Assembly: GCF_006345805.1 (NCBI RefSeq)
Contig: NW_021833399.1
Span: 1 to 27,353, forward strand
Direction: 5' to 3'
DNA: 27,353 nucleotides
Source of the DNA: Octopus sinensis
Taxonomy: Eukaryota
Shown here one piece after another: positions 21,536 through 27,353 of the stretch. The notes under the pieces are model-generated. The model was not told the origin of the DNA, made no database searches, and saw only the letters and a program-made list of their open reading frames with translations. A program made the translations under genes and the position numbers. Position 1 is the stretch's first letter, and each line of letters opens with the position of its first letter.

Positions 21536-21654
21536 ATATGTATGTATATATGTATATATATATATATATAAAATAATAAATATTAGGGAATAAATCCAAA
21601 TTTACAGGGAAAAATATCAGATTTAGGATTAAATCCAATTTTATAGTAAAATAT

Positions 21655-21972
21655 TATATAATATTAATTAGAGACAAAACCACTATTTTTGCAAAACAAA
21701 CAAGGAAAGACTTAATCAATACATAAAATTTTAATAAAAAGTAAAAAACCGCCACTACAATGTTTCATGTCTTCAATGACAATCCTCAGGTGGATTTCCG
21801 ATAAATCAGTTTCGAAACTGATTTATCGGAAATCCACCTGAGATTGTCATTGAAGACATGAAACAATTGTAGGGGCGGTTTTTTTACTTTTTATTAAAAT
21901 TTTATGTATTGATTAAGTCTTTCCTTGTTTGTTTTGCAAAATAGTGGTTTTGTCTCTAATTAATGTTATATA
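21655..21972. repeat. Spacer-less palindrome (159-bp arms) carrying a hammerhead-like motif in each arm; probably PLE terminal repeat
   Basis: Centre cagtttc|gaaactg at 21813/21814. The arms differ by 2 substitutions and 4 single-base indels. HHR-like motifs at 21752-21793 (-) and 21834-21875 (+). Confidence 0.9.
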
Positions 21973-22056
21973 TATATATATATTATATATATATATATAT
22001 ATATATTATATACACACACATATGTATGTATGTATGTATATATTATATATATATAT

Positions 22057-22796
22057 TATATAAAAGGGCTTAGTAAAATAAATTACTTTGCCGCATACTG
22101 AACTCATTAGAATAGCAGCTAAAAAACTTTTTTAAGGCTATTTCTAATACTTAAAGAAAATCTCTCTCATATATAGTGTTTGCATAATTTAACTCACAAA
22201 AGTTTGGGGTAATGACATCGAAAAATCAAATGCTAAGGTTATTCGAGAACGTACGTTTCAAGATTAGTCAAAACAACATTTCTATCATCGGCTCGGAAAT
22301 TCCTTGGTTTGGATTTGGAAACACTGAAAATAAGAACATACCCTTTCGAAGATTTGCTCCCAACTAACAGTGCCAACAAATTCAAAATAAGCAAGCGAAG
22401 AATCTCTGCTCTCCCCCTTTCCCACCCGTGGGTTAAAATCATCAAACTCTATGCTTATTTCGGTAAAGTCCGAAGCATTAATCAGAGGGAGATTAATTAT
22501 AATTTCAACAATTGAGGGCAAAATTAATTAATTATTAATCAATTTCACCAAGTATTCAGTATGCAAAGGGACCATTCAAGGCGAATTCAAATTATTACAT
22601 TATATAAAAGGGCTTAGTAAAATAAATTACTTTGCCGCATACTGAACTCATTAGAAATAGCAGCTAAAAAACTTTTTTAAGGCTATTTCTAATACTTAAA
22701 GAAAATCTCTCTCATATATAGTGTTTGCATAATTTAACTCACAAAAGTTTGGGGGTATGACATCGAAAAATCAATGCTAAGGTTATTCGAGAACGT
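22057..22796 (-). repeat. Inverted block (~1.35 units) of the 545-bp satellite
   Basis: tatataaaagggc recurs at 22057 and 22601. The sequence is the reverse complement of the array to the right and begins inside a (TA)n tract. Confidence 0.95.
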
Positions 22797-25700
22797 TGTT
22801 TTGACTAATCTTGAAACGTACGTTCTCGAATAACCTTAGCATTTGATTTTTCGATGTCATTACCCCCAAACTTTTGTGAGTTAAATATGCAAACACTATA
22901 TATGAGAGAGATTTTCTTTAAGTATTAGAAATAGCCTTAAAAAGTTTTTTAGCTGCTATTTCTAATGAGTTCAGTATGCGGCAAAGTAATTTATTTTACT
23001 AAGCCCTTTTATATAATGTAATAATTTGAATTCGCCTTGAATGGTCCCTTTGCATACTGAATACTTGGTGAAATTGATTAATAATTAATTAATTTTGCCC
23101 TCAATTGTTGAAATTATAATTAATCTCCCTCTGATTAATGCTTCGGACTTTACCGAAATAAGCATAGAGTTTGATGATTTTAACCCACGCTGGTGGAAAG
23201 GGAGAGCAGAGATTCTTCGCTGCTTGCTTATTTGAATTTGTTGGCACTGTTAGTTGGGAGCAAATCTTCGAAAGGGTATGTTCTTATTTTCAGTGTTTCC
23301 AAATCCAAACCAAGGAATTTCCGAGCCGATGATAGAAATGTTGTTTTGACTAATCTTGAAACGTACGTTCTCGAATAACCTTAGCATTTGATTTTTCGAT
23401 GTCATTACCCCCAAACTTTTGTGAGTTAAATTATGCAACACTATATATGAGAGAGATTTTCTTTAAGTATTAGAAATAGCCTTAAAAAAGTTTTTTAGCT
23501 GCTATTTCTAATGAGTTCAGTATGCGGCAAAGTAATTTATTTACTAAGCCCTTTTATATAATGTAATAATTTGAATTCGCCTTGAATGGTCCCTTTGCAT
23601 ACTGAACTTGGTGAAATTGATTTAATTAATTAATTTTGCCCTCAATTGTTGAAATTATAATTAATCTCCCTCTGATTAATGCTTCGGACTTTACCGAAAT
23701 AAGCATAGAGTTTGATGATTTTAACCCACGCTGGTGGAAAGGGGAGAGCAGAGATTCTTCGCTTGCTTATTTTGAATTTGTTGGCACTGTTAGTTGGGAG
23801 CAAATCTTCGAAAGGGTATGTTCTTATTTTCAGTGTTTCCAAATCCAAACCAAGGAATTTCCGAGCCGATGATAGAAATGTTGTTTTGACTAATCTTGAA
23901 ACGTACGTTCTCGAATAACCTTAGCATTTGATTTTTCGATGTTCATTACCCCCAAACTTTTGTGAGTTAAATTATGCAAACATATATATGAGAGAGATTT
24001 TCTTTAAGTATTAGAAATAGCCTTAAAAAAGTTTTTTAGCTGCTATTTCTAATGAGTTCAGTATGCGGCAAAGTAATTTATTTTACTAAGCCCTTTTATA
24101 TAATGTAATAATTTGAATTCGCCTTGAATGGTCCCTTTGCATACTGAATACTTGGTGAAATTGATTAATAATTAATTAATTTTGCCCTCAATTGTTGAAA
24201 TTATATTAATCTCCCTCTGATTAATGCTTCGGACTTTACCGAAATAAGCATAGAGTTTGATGATTTTACCCACGCTGGTGGAAAGGGAGAGCAGAGATTC
24301 TTCGCTTGCTTATTTTGAATTTGTTGGCACTGTTAGTTGGGAGCAAATCTTCGAAAGGGTATGTTCTTATTTTCAGTGTTTCCAAATCCAAACCAAGGAA
24401 TTTCCGAGCCGATGATAGAAATGTTGTTTTGACTAATCTTGAAACGTACGTTCTCGAATAACCTTAGCATTTGATTTTTCGATGTTACCATACCCCCAAA
24501 CTTTTGTGAGTTAATTATGCAAACACTATATATGAGAGAGATTTTCTTTAAGTATTAGAAATAGCCTTAAAAAAGTTTTTTAGCTGCTATTTCTAATGAG
24601 TTCAGTATGCGGCAAAGTAATTTATTTTACTAAGCCCTTTTATATAATTAATAATTTGAATTCGCCTTGAATGGTCCCTTTGCATACTGAATACTTGGTG
24701 AAATTGATTAATAATTATTAATTTTGCCCTCAATTGTTGAAATTATAATTAATCTCCCTCTGATTAATGCTTCGGACTTTACCGAAATAAGCATAGAGTT
24801 TGATGATTTTAACCCACGCTGGTGGAAAGGGAGAGCAGAGATTCTTCGCTTGCTTATTTTGAATTTGTTGGCACTGTTAGTTGGGAGCAAATCTTCGAAA
24901 GGGTATGTTCTTATTTTCAGTGTTTCCAATCCAAACCAAGGAATTTCCGAGCCGATGATAGAAATGTTGTTTTGACTAATCTTGAAACGTACGTTCTCGA
25001 ATAACCTTAGCATTTGATTTTTCGATGTCTTACCCCCAAACTTTTGTGAGTTAAATTATGCAAACACTATATATGAGAGAGATTTTCTTTAAGTATTAGA
25101 ATATAGCCTAAAAAAGTTTTTTAGCTGCTATTTCTAATGAGTTCAGTATGCGGCAAAGTAATTTATTTTACTAAGCCCTTTTTATATAATGTAATAATTT
25201 GAATTCGCCTTGAATGGTCCCTTTGCATACTGAATACTTGGTGAAATTGATTAATAATTAATTAATTTTGCCCTCAATTGTTGAAATTATAATTAATCTC
25301 CCTCTGATTATGCTTTCGGACTTTACCGAAATAAGCATAGAGTTTGATGATGATTTTAACCCACGCTGGTGGAAAGGGGAGAGCAGAGATTCTTCGCTTG
25401 CTTGCTTTTTTGAATTTGTTGGCACTGTTAGTTGGGAGCAAATCTTCGAAAGGTATGTTCTTATTTTCAGTGTTTCAAATCCAAACCAAGGAATTTCCGA
25501 GCCGATGATAGAAATGTTGTTTTGACTAATCTTGAAACGTACGTTCTCGAATAACCTTAGCATTTGATTTTTCGATGTCATTACCCCCCAAACTTTTGTG
25601 AGTTAAATTATGCAAACACTATATATGAGAGAGATTTTCTTTAAGTATTAGAAATAGCCTTAAAAAGTTTTTTAGCTGCTATTTCTAATGAGTTCAGTAT

Positions 25701-27353
25701 GCGGCAAAGTAATTTATTTTACTAAGCCCTTTTATATAATGTAATAATTTGAATTCGCCTTGAATGGTCCCTTTGCATACTGAATACTTGGTGAAATTGA
25801 TTAATAATTAATTAATTTTGCCCTCAATTGTTGAAATTATAATTAATCTCCCTCTGATTAATGCTTCGGACTTTACCGAAATAAGCATAGAGTTTGATGA
25901 TTTTAACCCACGCTGGTGGAAAGGGGAGAGCAGAGATTCTTCGCTTGCTTATTTTGAATTTGTTGGCACTGTTAGTTGGGAGCAAATCTTCGAAAGGGTA
26001 TGTTCTTATTTTCAGTGTTTCCAAATCCAAACCAAGGAATTTCCGAGCCGATGATAGAAATGTTGTTTTGACTAATCTTGAAACGTACGTTCTCGAATAA
26101 CCTTAGCATTTGATTTTTCGATGTCATTACCCCCCAACTTTTGTGAGTTAAATTATGCAAACACTATATATGAGAGAGATTTTCTTTAAGTATTAGAAAT
26201 AGCCTTAAAAAAGTTTTTTAGCTGCTATTTCTAATGAGTTCAGTATGCGGCAAAGTAATTTATTTTACTAAGCCCTTTTATATAATGTAATAATTTGAAT
26301 TCGCCTTGAATGGTCCCTTTGCATACTGAATACTTGGTGAAATTGATTAATAATTAATTAATTTTGCCCTCAATTGTTGAAATTATAATTAATCTCCCTC
26401 TGATTAATGCTTCGGACTTTACCGAAATAAGCATAGAGTTTGATGATTTTAACCCACGCTGGTGGAAAGGGGAGAGCAGAGATTCTTCGCTTGCTTATTT
26501 TGAATTTGTTGGCACTGTTAGTTGGAGCAAATCTTCGAAAGGGTATGTTCTTATTTTCAGTGTTTCCAAATCCAAACCAAGGAATTTCCGAGCCGATGAT
26601 AGAAATGTTGTTTTTGACTAATCTTGAAACGTACGTTCTCGAATAACCTTAGCATTTGATTTTTCGATGTCATTACCCCCAAACTTTTGTGAGTTAAATT
26701 ATGCAAACACTATATATGAGAGAGATTTCTTTAAGTATTAGAAATAGCCTTAAAAAAGTTTTTTAGCTGCTATTTCTAATGAGTTCAGTATGCGGCAAAG
26801 TAATTTATTTTACTAAGCCCTTTTATATAATGTAATAATTTGAATTCGCCTTGAATGGTCCCTTTGCATACTGAAATACTTGGTGAAATTGATTAATAAT
26901 TTAATTAATTTTGCCCTCAATTGTTGAAATTATAATTAATCTCCCTCTGATTAATGCTTCGGACTTTACCGAAATAAGCATAGAGTTTGATGATTTTAAC
27001 CCCCACGCTGGTGGAAGGGGAGAGCAGAGATTCTTCGCTTGCTTATTTTGAATTTGTTGGCACTGTTAGTTGGGAGCAAATCTTCGAAAGGGTATGTTCT
27101 TATTTTCAGTGTTTCCAATCCAAACCAAGGAATTTCCGAGCCGATGATAGAAATGTTGTTTTGACTATCTTGAAACGTACGTTCTCGAATAACCTTAGCA
27201 TTTGATTTTTCGATGTCATTACCCCCAAACTTTTGTGAGTTAAATTATGCAAACACTATATATGAGAGAGATTTTTTTTAAGTATTAGAAATAGCCTTAA
27301 AAAAGTTTTTTAGCTGCTATTTCTAATGAGTTCAGTATGCGGCAAAGTAATTT
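22795..27353 (+). repeat. ~545-bp tandem satellite, ~8.4 units, runs off the window
   Basis: Marker gaattcgccttg at 23028, 23573, 24115, 24658, 25201, 25751, 26297 and 26842. Units differ almost only by 1-bp indels. Confidence 0.97.
23322..23373 (+). ncRNA. Variant minimal type I hammerhead motif, present once per satellite unit (representative copy)
   Basis: cgag-CCGATGA-t-aga(aatgttgttttgactaa)tct-t-GAAA-cgtacg-T-T-ctcg. Stem I is cgag/ctcg and stem III is the ACGTACGT palindrome. Deviations are U4C, a U.U at 10.1/11.1 and a GUU triplet. Cores at 23326, 23866, 24409, 24952, 25502, 26048, 26593, 27141 (+) and 22285-22291 (-). Confidence 0.5.

Noticed and set aside
2-21638. Dozens of ORFs such as YIYI, MYVC, ERER, poly-M/I/S/D
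   Set aside because: They are translations of di-, tri- and tetranucleotide repeats or of SINE bodies, with no splice or domain support.
23190-23197. GCTGGTGG (E. coli Chi) in each satellite unit
   Set aside because: An 8-mer coincidence with no relevance in an animal genome.
22239-27205. Recurring 60-107 aa ORFs in the satellite (MPSIVEII.., MDLETLKI.., MLRLFENV..)
   Set aside because: All frames contain stops within each unit, indels shift frames freely between units, and no domain is recognisable.

Overview
AT-rich, microsatellite-saturated animal genomic DNA with no prokaryotic genes. The SINE families look like those of octopus; this is recognition from memory, not a database match. 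About the first 22 kb is a mosaic of three tRNA-derived SINE families, a 5'-truncated RTE-type LINE, two decayed Penelope-like element (PLE) coding remnants, a mariner fold-back element, a MITE with 23-bp TIRs, long simple-repeat seas and one plausible host exon (10702-10972). The last 5.3 kb is a near-homogeneous ~545-bp tandem satellite with an inverted ~1.35-unit block at its left end. The main observation concerns minimal type I hammerhead-ribozyme (HHR) motifs with palindromic stem III. There is one fully canonical motif (20936-21018), several near-canonical or variant ones (2057, 11530, 21752/21834), and a variant motif in every satellite unit. The satellite's inversion breakpoint falls within a few nt of the predicted cleavage site. 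This suggests a PLE- or retrozyme-like ribozyme satellite. All ribozyme calls are manual pattern matches and are untested.
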